This document shows positions 26,685 through 35,100 of a DNA stretch of 55,937 nucleotides, piece after piece. The translations under genes and the position numbers were made by a program. The notes under the pieces are model-generated. The model was not told the origin of the DNA. It searched no databases and saw only the letters and a list, made by a program, of their open reading frames with translations. Positions within the stretch are counted from its first letter, which is position 1; each line of letters opens with the position of its first letter. The stretch is from a virus: the IMG/VR virus record IMGVR_UViG_3300046115_000049, positions 1 to 55,937 of that record. One strand, given 5' to 3'.

Positions 26685-29042
26685 CTACTTAATGGTGCGA
26701 TAGCGCCACGAGAGCGCGATAAGGTCAGCATCCACATTGATCGTGTCAGAGCCATCAGCGGGTTCGTGATATAGCCTCACATACCACTGCTGATTAGCCG
26801 AACACGTAACTAGTGGCTTATCCGCCGTAGCCTCAACTGTCAATGTTGCGTCGTTCAGATCCTGCACCGCATTCTCGGCCGCATCGGTCACTGAGCTCGG
26901 CGACGTGCTATATGCGGTGGGAATTTGTGCGCTGTTACCAGCGCATATGCCCTGCACCTTCCACAGCACGTTACCGCTGGTAGCGTTCGCCTTCCATCGG
27001 AGCAGGAACTCGACTGCCTTAGTAAGGTCGATGTCAGGCGGCAAGGGGACCGTAAGTTGTACCTCCTGCGTACCCGAGTCGGCGAAACGGACGATAGGCT
27101 GGACGACGGTGGTACCGGTGAACGTCGCGGTAGCTGCACCGGAAGTGTTAGTATTGAAGCCGAGACTCGACGTACCGTTCTGCGTAGCGGCGGGGGTAAA
27201 GATGGAAATGATAGGAATGGTGATCGTGTTGCCGGATGCCTCAGCATCGATCGTCTTCTCGGTCAAGGTGGCGGTATTCGACGAAGTTAGGGCAAGTACC
27301 CCTTCAATCGTCATCTGCCCTGCTGCCGATCGCGCGAGCGTGGTGTCCGTGTTATTCAGTTCAATCGTGGGAATGGTCTGCGCCCCGACGAACGTCTGTG
27401 CCGCGTCAATCCGGGCCAGTGAGAACGCCGCATCCGGTACGGTCCACGTTCGCGCGGCCGTGGGGCCGGTCACGGTGATGATCTGCGGGATGATCGGAAT
27501 CGACGTGTTTGAGTCGGGCGCGGTCCACACGCGGATGTTCGCCGTAGTCAGCCCGTCTACCTCGATCCGCACTTCCTTAGTGTTATCTCCAGAACCCTCG
27601 ACTAGCGACGTCGTGTCGGTGAACGGTGCCGCTGCCGCAGAGGCCGACAGCGTACCGCCCGAGAAGGACAGCCCGCTACCGATTATCGCGGCCTTGATCA
27701 AGTCGTCGGCGTTGTCGAAGTAGAGTAGTTCGATCACCGACCCGCCAGCCGGGGTAAATGATGGCAGCGCGTTACCCCCGAACGTCGTCCCAGCCGGTAG
27801 AGCTACCGTGTGGCTACTGATGTCGAACGACGCGGGAATCGTAATGGTCGGGTTGCCCGAGCAGTTGCCGTTCGAGACTTCGATCTTGCTAGCCGTCCCG
27901 GTTACGGTGCGCGCGGCTAGATCGCCCGAAGTGGTCGTCACCCCGAGACAGCCCGTGGAGAGCGAACCTAGCGCGAATTCGGCCGACAGCGACCCATTCG
28001 CTGTCTTGGTAATGTACGTCGCATCGGTTGGCGCTCCTGCACCACCCGCACCGAGTGCCACGTTCGCGCCATTGATCCGCGCCGTCATCTCGTTGGCCGT
28101 CGAGTCGTACCATATATCCCCGTTGGTGGGCGTGCTGGGGTCACCCGCTAACGATCCGATGTTCAACCCCGCCACCGTAGCGCCGGGGTTGAACGTAACG
28201 CGGATGTTGTCCTCGAAACTTACCGTCCCTGTGAGCGACAGCAGGTTAACCACGGGGCTATCGATATTCGGAGCCGTCTCCCGTACCGCGCCACCCGCTC
28301 CAGTAGCGGCGGAACCAAACAACGTGTCCACCATCGCCGCTACGGTCACATCATCGAGTACCGTGCGTGCGACTGCGGTAATGGTCGCTGTCTCGGGGAC
28401 ACCGGTCGAGGCGGTAATGCGGCCGATGAACTGATCCTGCGCTAGATCGGCCAACATCGCCAGCGTGACCCCGGCCGTCGCGATCTGTACGTCGTTGGCG
28501 TTAACCGTGATTCCTGCACCAGCAATAACGTTGAGCGTCACCGTACCCGTGGTGCCGCCTCCCGTCATGCCCGCACCAGCAGTTACGCCCTCGATGTCGC
28601 CAACGCCTCCGCCGCCTCCACCGGGGGGATTCGCCCCCATTGCCGCGCCACGCGTGACTGTGACGATAGCCGTGCCCGACGTCCACGCAGTAGCGCGGAG
28701 ACGGACGCGGAGGATGCCGACGTTTGACCGGTAGTACTGGCCGGTAGCGGTAATAGTCGTAGTGGCGGCGTCGTCCACCAACCCGTACAACTGCGTTTCC
28801 ACCCACGTCACACCGTCGCTGGTAGTCTCGATGGTCAGCGTACCGGTGAACGTTCCGCCTACCTGAACAGTGAATGAGGGTGTGTTGTTGTTGCCTAGGA
28901 CGAACGACGCGCACGTTGGTGCAGCCGTGTTCTCGACGCAGGTCCCGCCTGATACCGTGTTAATCGGCTTGGTGTCGATCACCTGAGCCGAAACGGTAAC
29001 CGGCACCGCTAGCGCCAGCAGGAGCACTAAAAGTCGCTTCAT
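26685..29042 (-). CDS. Large fibre-like protein with a Sec signal peptide
   Basis: ATG at 29042 lies 5 nt after aaggaga. The signal peptide is MKRLLVLLLALAVPVTVSA|QV. 785 aa, Thr/Ala/Gly-rich beta repeats, a GGGGGG hinge and a GDIWYDSTANEM fibre-like motif. Confidence 0.6.
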   Translation of the reverse strand: MKRLLVLLLALAVPVTVSAQVIDTKPINTVSGGTCVENTAAPTCASFVLGNNNTPSFTVQVGGTFTGTLTIETTSDGVTWVETQLYGLVDDAATTTITATGQYYRSNVGILRVRLRATAWTSGTAIVTVTRGAAMGANPPGGGGGGVGDIEGVTAGAGMTGGGTTGTVTLNVIAGAGITVNANDVQIATAGVTLAMLADLAQDQFIGRITASTGVPETATITAVARTVLDDVTVAAMVDTLFGSAATGAGGAVRETAPNIDSPVVNLLSLTGTVSFEDNIRVTFNPGATVAGLNIGSLAGDPSTPTNGDIWYDSTANEMTARINGANVALGAGGAGAPTDATYITKTANGSLSAEFALGSLSTGCLGVTTTSGDLAARTVTGTASKIEVSNGNCSGNPTITIPASFDISSHTVALPAGTTFGGNALPSFTPAGGSVIELLYFDNADDLIKAAIIGSGLSFSGGTLSASAAAAPFTDTTSLVEGSGDNTKEVRIEVDGLTTANIRVWTAPDSNTSIPIIPQIITVTGPTAARTWTVPDAAFSLARIDAAQTFVGAQTIPTIELNNTDTTLARSAAGQMTIEGVLALTSSNTATLTEKTIDAEASGNTITIPIISIFTPAATQNGTSSLGFNTNTSGAATATFTGTTVVQPIVRFADSGTQEVQLTVPLPPDIDLTKAVEFLLRWKANATSGNVLWKVQGICAGNSAQIPTAYSTSPSSVTDAAENAVQDLNDATLTVEATADKPLVTCSANQQWYVRLYHEPADGSDTINVDADLIALSWRYRTIK

Positions 29043-29103
29043 ATTGTCTCCTTGGATAGGGATGTGGACCGGAACACGATGTCCCGGCCCATCCCCTAGC
29101 GCC

Positions 29104-29874
29104 TTAGCTGAGGGTGCAGTTACGCGCCGAGACGATGTACCAGTTGCCGCCCGATGCGCGGACGGAAATCTGGTTACCGATCGCGGCAGTGAACGTGCAA
29201 AGGTCAGTGGCGGTCGAACCGGCATTGAAGCCGATGGTGGTCGCCGTGACCGTGTGTGCCTGTGCGGTGATGGCCGAGATGTCCAGCACCATGCCATCCT
29301 GCGCGGATGTCGGAGCCGCTAGCGTCATCGCAATCGCACCGCCCGACCCGAGCAAGTGCAGCCCGGGCATGACGGTGATTGCGCCCGACGCGGTGTAGGT
29401 CTGGGTCGGCCCCGGCAGCGGTGCCGAGAATCCGTTCAGCCTCCAACGGTTGACGCCCGCTGTCGTGCCCTTGCAATCGTATACGCTGCCAAACGCTGTT
29501 ACCGCAGGCAGCGCGACGAATGCAGTGGCCGTACACGGGCCGGGTGAAAGATCGGCGGGCAGGAAGTAATTCGCGGGTCCCGCGAACACCACCGCCCCCG
29601 ATGCGTGCAACCCGGCTCGAGATCCGTTCACGCCACGAGAGACGGTAATCGTCGTCCCCGAGACGGACTGGATCTGGAACATCTCCCCGTCCACGACGGC
29701 GAAGTAACCCGCCACGAACCCGGTCGCGGATGCGACCCTGAACGTGTTGGCACCTGTCGATGTGACTGCAGCTGCAAGCGTCGTCTGCGTGGTCGTGGAC
29801 TGCGTGCTCACCGGCACCGACATAGCGATGAGGGCAAGGAGAGCGATCGCGAAACGGGTAAAGATCTTCTTCAA
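29104..29874 (-). CDS. Predicted secreted protein with a phage fibre/decoration-type N-domain
   Basis: TTG start after gggggaga. The N-terminus is (M)KKIFTRFAIALLALIAMSVPVST|QS. It is followed by VASATGFVAGYFAVVDGEMFQIQSVSGTTITVSRGVNGSRAGLHASGAVV, matching the common phage E.m.v.sv.g.tltV.RG..gt.a..H motif. Confidence 0.55.
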   Translation of the reverse strand: MKKIFTRFAIALLALIAMSVPVSTQSTTTQTTLAAAVTSTGANTFRVASATGFVAGYFAVVDGEMFQIQSVSGTTITVSRGVNGSRAGLHASGAVVFAGPANYFLPADLSPGPCTATAFVALPAVTAFGSVYDCKGTTAGVNRWRLNGFSAPLPGPTQTYTASGAITVMPGLHLLGSGGAIAMTLAAPTSAQDGMVLDISAITAQAHTVTATTIGFNAGSTATDLCTFTAAIGNQISVRASGGNWYIVSARNCTLS

Positions 29875-29884
29875 TGTCTCCCCC

Positions 29885-31087
29885 CTACGCCGCCACGCGG
29901 CAAATGAGCTCGGGCCGGAGGAGACGGATTCCGTAGAATACGTCCAACCGACACGGCATGTTGTTTGTGTTGATGTCGTACTGGCGAATCATACGAATCG
30001 CGAGTCCCGACTGCTTGGACGACGCACGCCCGGCCATGTCGACGCCGCCCGGGAGCGGGAGATCGACAGAGGCGAACGCGATGGCGTCCGGGTGAAGTGC
30101 GAGACCCTGACGAGACACAGCACCGGTTGCGCCGAGCACGGTGATCGGCGCGTTGTCAGCCGGTGAGCCGCTGACGGTCTTCTGCTGCGGAACGATGACG
30201 ATCGACGGCGAGATCTTGATCGTCATAGCGCCAGCGGTGTCACTGATCAACTCGCGAACCACGAATCGCTGGAGCTGCTCCGTGTTCTCGCGGGACTGCA
30301 TGTTGATCTTGTACACGCCTGCCAAGGTGAATACATCGCCCTTGTTGAGAGTCGACGCACCCGAGCTCCATCCGTCCGTGATCAGTTCGTTGCCGATCTG
30401 GTTTGCGCCATTGACGAGCGGTGTACCAGCGTACACACCGTACGTGTGAGTCTTCAGGTTCTGACTCGTGTACCACGTGAAGCCAGCCGCCCTAGTGATA
30501 CGACCCTTGACGTACTGCTTCGAGATCTGTTCAGCATCCTCGGTCAGGCCGCGCAGACCGTTGACGATCTTTGCACCCATGTAGGGGGAGATGAACATAC
30601 CCCGACTGTCATCATCGGGAGCGGAGTTGTCATCGAGCGCAACGCCCGCCATGAGATACGTTTCCAGATCCGTGATGGGCGTGCCGGGAGTGCCGACGTG
30701 CTCATACACCTGATCGTAGATGGCCGCGATGTCCGAGTCGATCTTGTTGGCGATAGCGGCGACGGCAGGTGAAATGAATCGCTTGCTGAAGTCGTCGATC
30801 GACAGCACGAGATCGGCCTGCGAAAAGACGAGATCGACGCCAAACGGCACATCGATCGCGACAGACACCAACTCTTCCTGCGCATCCTCAGGCGAAAGAC
30901 CCCAACCCGAACGGCCGATGTAACGCGGCGGTTTGCGAACGTTGACTACCGCACCAGCCTTGGCCCCCTCGACCGCGAACTCCTTCGAGTATGCGCGGTT
31001 GGTGTGGCGGAGAAGAACGAGCTTGTTCTCCAGCACCTTGAGGGCTTCGCGCGTGATGATGGTAGATGTTAGAAGCGTGTTTGCCAT
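29885..31087 (-). CDS. Major capsid protein, P22-type coat (HK97 fold)
   Basis: 400 aa. The N-terminus is TREALKVLENKLVLLRHTNRAYSKEF and the C-terminus is RLDVFYGIRLLRPELICRV, both typical of P22-coat-family proteins. It sits directly after the scaffold gene. Confidence 0.8.
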   Translation of the reverse strand: MANTLLTSTIITREALKVLENKLVLLRHTNRAYSKEFAVEGAKAGAVVNVRKPPRYIGRSGWGLSPEDAQEELVSVAIDVPFGVDLVFSQADLVLSIDDFSKRFISPAVAAIANKIDSDIAAIYDQVYEHVGTPGTPITDLETYLMAGVALDDNSAPDDDSRGMFISPYMGAKIVNGLRGLTEDAEQISKQYVKGRITRAAGFTWYTSQNLKTHTYGVYAGTPLVNGANQIGNELITDGWSSGASTLNKGDVFTLAGVYKINMQSRENTEQLQRFVVRELISDTAGAMTIKISPSIVIVPQQKTVSGSPADNAPITVLGATGAVSRQGLALHPDAIAFASVDLPLPGGVDMAGRASSKQSGLAIRMIRQYDINTNNMPCRLDVFYGIRLLRPELICRVAA

Positions 31088-31098
31088 TCTCTACCTAT

Positions 31099-32091
31099 CT
31101 ATCTACCGCCCCCGGCATCCCTCCAAGCATTGTACTCCTCTTGAGTCATGCTGTCGGGATCCTTGACAGTGGCGGCTGCGTTGCCCCCTCCACCCAGCGG
31201 CGCAATTGGAGGTGGAGGTGGTGTGGTGATTGCGGGAACGCCAGCGGGGCGCGGTGCTGGCGGCGGATTTCCCCCCGCCGGAGGTACAGCTGGAGCGTTC
31301 CCGTTGCCGTCGGCCGGAGCCGCTGGCGTGGACAGACGTGCTTGCAGGATACCAATTTCGACAAGAGCGGCGACGGGCGGCAGAGCGGCGATGCGCTTCA
31401 TCTCGTCCATGTTCTTCGCCAGATGGTATAGAATCGTCGGACCCATCTCCGAAGTAACGAGGTGTTGCTGCACTTCCGGCCCAACCGAAATACCGCTTTC
31501 CATGATGACGTTGGCTAGCTGGTCGAAATCCGGGTGAGATTCGCGGAACTTGTTGATACGAGAGATGTGAGAGTTGACGACGGTCGCCTGCTCGGTCGCG
31601 CGCCTGTCAGCCTCCGTCTTGGCGGTTACGGAAGTGATGGCGTGCTGGACATTGTGGGCGACTAGCCGGGAGGTGTAACCGTTGTACGCCTCCGCCCATT
31701 CCTGCGCAGTTTCGAAATCGTCAAGCTTGGGTGCTGCTTCAGCGAACGCGGGAGCGCCGGGAGCGGCGGCAGGAGTAGGAGTAGGACGACGAACGATTTC
31801 CGCCTCCAGCTCCTTGACCTTCGCTTCAGCCGCAGCGGCACGGGTATCAGACTGCGCTCGCTCGTATCGCATCCGTGCGATGCGCCGTTCGACGCGATCC
31901 TGTTCGCGCTCGCTTTCAGGTGGCGTAGTCGTGCCATCGGCGGGCGGTGGCGTGTCAGCAGGCGGCGTTATCGCGGGCGGAGTTACCGGTGGAACGGTTG
32001 GTGCATCAGGTTGGAGGTCGGCTATCGCCTCCGCCACCTGTTCGGGGGTGTCAGTCGTTGATGCGACGGAGATTTCGTCGGGCATCGGCAT
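31099..32091 (-). CDS. Scaffolding protein
   Basis: Its position is between portal and coat. It is helical and acidic with Pro/Ala-rich linkers. The start is set at ATG 32091 or 32085 after aaaggtg; the longer ORF-track start at 32184 has no SD. Confidence 0.6.
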   Translation of the reverse strand: MPMPDEISVASTTDTPEQVAEAIADLQPDAPTVPPVTPPAITPPADTPPPADGTTTPPESEREQDRVERRIARMRYERAQSDTRAAAAEAKVKELEAEIVRRPTPTPAAAPGAPAFAEAAPKLDDFETAQEWAEAYNGYTSRLVAHNVQHAITSVTAKTEADRRATEQATVVNSHISRINKFRESHPDFDQLANVIMESGISVGPEVQQHLVTSEMGPTILYHLAKNMDEMKRIAALPPVAALVEIGILQARLSTPAAPADGNGNAPAVPPAGGNPPPAPRPAGVPAITTPPPPPIAPLGGGGNAAATVKDPDSMTQEEYNAWRDAGGGR

Positions 32092-32108
32092 CACCTTTGA
32101 CTTATCTG

Positions 32109-32142
32109 GCTGAAGAGTATAACATGCTGAAGAGTATAACAT
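32109..32142. repeat. Perfect tandem duplication of a 17-bp unit (GCTGAAGAGTATAACAT x2) in the portal-scaffold intergenic region
   Basis: Read directly. On the minus strand each unit carries TATACT. The upstream unit lies 18 nt downstream of TAGACA (32162-32157), giving a sigma70-like promoter for the scaffold/coat genes. Confidence 0.8.
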
Positions 32143-32198
32143 GGACCAGACCAGCCTGTCTAGTACATGTCCGTCGGGCACCATGCTCGACGAGTCGC

Positions 32199-34481
32199 CT
32201 ATTGCATAGTCGGAGCCACATCTGCGGGAGCGGGAGGCGCGGCCTCGGGACCCGGAGGTGCGATACCGGGAGGCGGTACAGGTGGTGCGGCCTCCTCAAC
32301 AGGCGGCGTAGCCAGCGCCTCCAGCATCGCCTGCGCCCGGTCGATCTCGGCTTGAGTGAGCTGAATGGCGCGATCTGCATTGATCTTGGCCTCCGTCTGC
32401 ATTAGCCTGACCAGATTCTCCATTGCCGCGATCCGGATCTTCGCCTCCATCTCGGCCTTCTTGATGCGCTCATTCGATGCAGCCTTGACCGCATCCGTAT
32501 CAACGGCCTTCTGTAGTTCTTGATACGCGTTCTGCATCTTCTGAATCATCGCGGCGACCTGTGGCGGCAGCGGACCCGGGTCGAGGATGTGTGGCGGTAC
32601 CATCGAGCGCAGCCGCTCAGCAACCTTGGGCGCATCCGGCCAATCCATGTTCTGGACGAGCAGGTCAGCGATGAGAGGCGCGGCGTCCGGGTACATACGG
32701 ATCAGCTGTAGCATCGACTCGACCGCCTCTTGGCGCTTGGTGCCCGGGTTAGAGCGTGCGCTGACCGACACGTCGTAGCGGCCAACCGAAATATCGTATA
32801 CTCCCTCGATACCCGCCTTAAGAAGCACATCCTTCTTGTCGGGCGCGACTGGACCGATGGCGATTCGTCGTTCGCTTCCCGTCTCCCCGAGCACACGAAG
32901 AATACGGGATGGGGTGTAAATCTTAGGGATCAGATCGATGACGATACGGCCAGCGAGGCGAACCGAGCGGGCCAGATTGTCCGAGTAATTCGACGTGCCC
33001 AGTTCGGCCTGCTTCTGCAGCGCCAATACCTGTCTTCCCGATGTCTCCGGCCCGGCTTGACCTAGCGACGGGTTGTACATCCCCATCGCATTCTTCAGGG
33101 AGGTGTCGGATAGCTGGAACGCGGCGACGACAGCGCTGATATCGGGCGCGAATGGTTGTCGAGCGGGGATGGGCGCGAGCTGACCGCCCACCGTAACATG
33201 AGCGACTTCGAGAAACGGGAAGTTGCGCAGGTGCGCCTGATTCCACTTAGTCTCGTGTCCCTTGAATTGACCGGCGTAGCCGATATACGGGGCACGCGGG
33301 GAGATCGCAATTAGCTCCGTGAGCGCCGACATCCAGAATGAGATCATACGGGCCGGGTCACGTGCATCTCGGACCATGCCGCGAAGATTGCGCTTGCCAT
33401 CGATGTAGGCTTCGTCACCGATTACAGGGACAATCGGGATATAGCTACCCGGCCAGACACGGCCTTCAGTGTTGTTCTCGCGACCATTGTTACCCTCGAG
33501 AATCTGGAAGCCGGTGATCTTGGCCCACTTGACCGTTACGTGCTCGATGATACGGCGGTTCGTCTCTTTGTAGGTAGCGGGAAACGGCTTAGGGACGTCC
33601 TTCGCGGGCATCGAGTGACGAACAACGATGCCGTCCGCGCCTACAAATTCTACCTCGACAAACTCCTCCTTCTCGATCTCTTTGTACCAATACTCAGCAA
33701 TGCGAATAGTTTGAGTGTCACCGCCTCCCCAGCCACACGTGGCATCGTACGCGCCCTCGAAAATGCGGGAGTTGGTGATAGCGGCCTTACCGAAATCATT
33801 CTCGAAACGGTCAACAGGCACGTCCTCAACTATGAACTTGAAATGACCATCCTGCCCCTCCGGCTGCACGTGATCCGGGTCCTCGTAGACGGAGAACGCA
33901 TTCGGGATACGGCGCAGAACGATGACCTGATCGAAGCCATCATCAGCCGCGTACTCAGTGAGAATGCGAAAATATCCGCGCCCCATCGTAAGCTGCTGCT
34001 CACACGCCGTCGAATACGCTACGTCGGCGTCCGACCCGCGCTCGATGGTACGAACCATATCGCGAAGGACGTCGGCGATGCTCATGGAAGCGCGATTGTT
34101 AGCTGGGTCAACCGCGATGGATGGACGAGAGGCGCGTTGACCGTTGGCGATCTGGCGAATGTATTGAGGGATATGGTTGACGGTGAGACAAGGACGGCCG
34201 TCGGCTTGGCGATTATCGCGCGATGCCTTGTCCCAGTGGTCGGATTGCTCGAAGCGACGATCCTCCATCATCTCGGCGCGTAGATCGGACTCCGCATCGA
34301 TGACGGACTGGAAGCGCTTGATGGCCTTATCAAGGAACGCGCGTACCTTGGCGGCGTTGGTCGCCGTCTCGCGCAGTTCCTTGTTGGTAGACGTGCCCTC
34401 AGCCGTCTCAACGGTGATAGTGTCGGTTGACGGATGGGGGTCTTCGATAGTCGGAGGACGACGGCGGTTACGTGGGGCCAT
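32199..34481 (-). CDS. Portal protein (P22-portal-like)
   Basis: 760 aa. The block DHWDKASRDNRQADGRPCLTVNHIPQYIRQIANGQRASRPSIAV.P...ADVLRDMVRTIERGSDADVAYSTA...GRGYFRILTEY follows the P22-type portal pattern. It lies between the terminase and scaffold genes. Confidence 0.8.
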   Translation of the reverse strand: MAPRNRRRPPTIEDPHPSTDTITVETAEGTSTNKELRETATNAAKVRAFLDKAIKRFQSVIDAESDLRAEMMEDRRFEQSDHWDKASRDNRQADGRPCLTVNHIPQYIRQIANGQRASRPSIAVDPANNRASMSIADVLRDMVRTIERGSDADVAYSTACEQQLTMGRGYFRILTEYAADDGFDQVIVLRRIPNAFSVYEDPDHVQPEGQDGHFKFIVEDVPVDRFENDFGKAAITNSRIFEGAYDATCGWGGGDTQTIRIAEYWYKEIEKEEFVEVEFVGADGIVVRHSMPAKDVPKPFPATYKETNRRIIEHVTVKWAKITGFQILEGNNGRENNTEGRVWPGSYIPIVPVIGDEAYIDGKRNLRGMVRDARDPARMISFWMSALTELIAISPRAPYIGYAGQFKGHETKWNQAHLRNFPFLEVAHVTVGGQLAPIPARQPFAPDISAVVAAFQLSDTSLKNAMGMYNPSLGQAGPETSGRQVLALQKQAELGTSNYSDNLARSVRLAGRIVIDLIPKIYTPSRILRVLGETGSERRIAIGPVAPDKKDVLLKAGIEGVYDISVGRYDVSVSARSNPGTKRQEAVESMLQLIRMYPDAAPLIADLLVQNMDWPDAPKVAERLRSMVPPHILDPGPLPPQVAAMIQKMQNAYQELQKAVDTDAVKAASNERIKKAEMEAKIRIAAMENLVRLMQTEAKINADRAIQLTQAEIDRAQAMLEALATPPVEEAAPPVPPPGIAPPGPEAAPPAPADVAPTMQ

Positions 34482-34484
34482 CAG

Positions 34485-34847
34485 CTAGTCGCCTTTCCAG
34501 TACAGAATGCGATGAGGGTGAAACTTCTTGCCCATAGTAACCTGGGCCTTGAGGATGTTGTAGATGCGCGCAAAGTCCTCGATCTTCATCTGGTGACGCG
34601 CTAGCTGGTACCTGCACACGCGAATAAATTCGTCTCGACCGGGCGTGACGTGTTCGCGTAGCTCAGCTAGTGTGTTGTTCTTCGATAGTAAGGCTGCAAG
34701 GACGAGCGACCAGCGGCGGCGATCAGCGACATCACCGGGATCCTTGTCGAGCATCGGATCGCGGCGAGCGAAGACGGTAAGACCCGGCCCTTTGTCTCCC
34801 GGTCTGCGAATATCGAATGCGTCGTCCGACATTGCCTTACTTGTCAT
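34485..34847 (-). CDS. Hypothetical protein
   Basis: 120-aa ORF between the terminase and portal genes. Confidence 0.4.
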   Translation of the reverse strand: MTSKAMSDDAFDIRRPGDKGPGLTVFARRDPMLDKDPGDVADRRRWSLVLAALLSKNNTLAELREHVTPGRDEFIRVCRYQLARHQMKIEDFARIYNILKAQVTMGKKFHPHRILYWKGD

Positions 34848-35082
34848 TCTTGCCGAGCTTCTTCGAGATGAAGTCGATTACCTCATCGATGGTAGCGAAT
34901 GCGAGCCTCGTCGGCACAACGTATCCCGAAGAGTCGCTCATGTCGTGATGGCACGTGCCGATGTAACCACCGTTGTCGGCTGGCTCGATCTCGATGCGGG
35001 TAATCGCGCCCGGCTTACCCTTCTTTTTTCCGGATGCGGTCGTTCCACCTCCGGGCATTGGCGTCGCGTAGTCGGCTGACAT
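34837..35082 (-). CDS. Hypothetical protein
   Basis: 81-aa ORF downstream of terL. Confidence 0.4.
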   Translation of the reverse strand: MSADYATPMPGGGTTASGKKKGKPGAITRIEIEPADNGGYIGTCHHDMSDSSGYVVPTRLAFATIDEVIDFISKKLGKNDK

Positions 35083-35100
35083 AACGTGTCTCCTATCCGT

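Noticed and set aside
26905-28434. Long + strand ORFs (26905-27723, 27808-28434) and similar ones at 12196-13326, 13974-15560 and 23937-25056
   Set aside because: They lie antisense within large minus-strand structural genes and give Ala/Ser/Val-rich low-complexity translations. They are shadow ORFs of a high-GC genome.
23598-29874. Assigning the host to Bacteroidota from the Gln(+1) signal-peptide cleavage sites
   Set aside because: The Q(+1) pattern is suggestive, but the genome uses strong AGGAGG-type Shine-Dalgarno sites and sigma70 TTGACA/TATAAT-like promoters, which are atypical for classical Bacteroidota. The host remains unknown.
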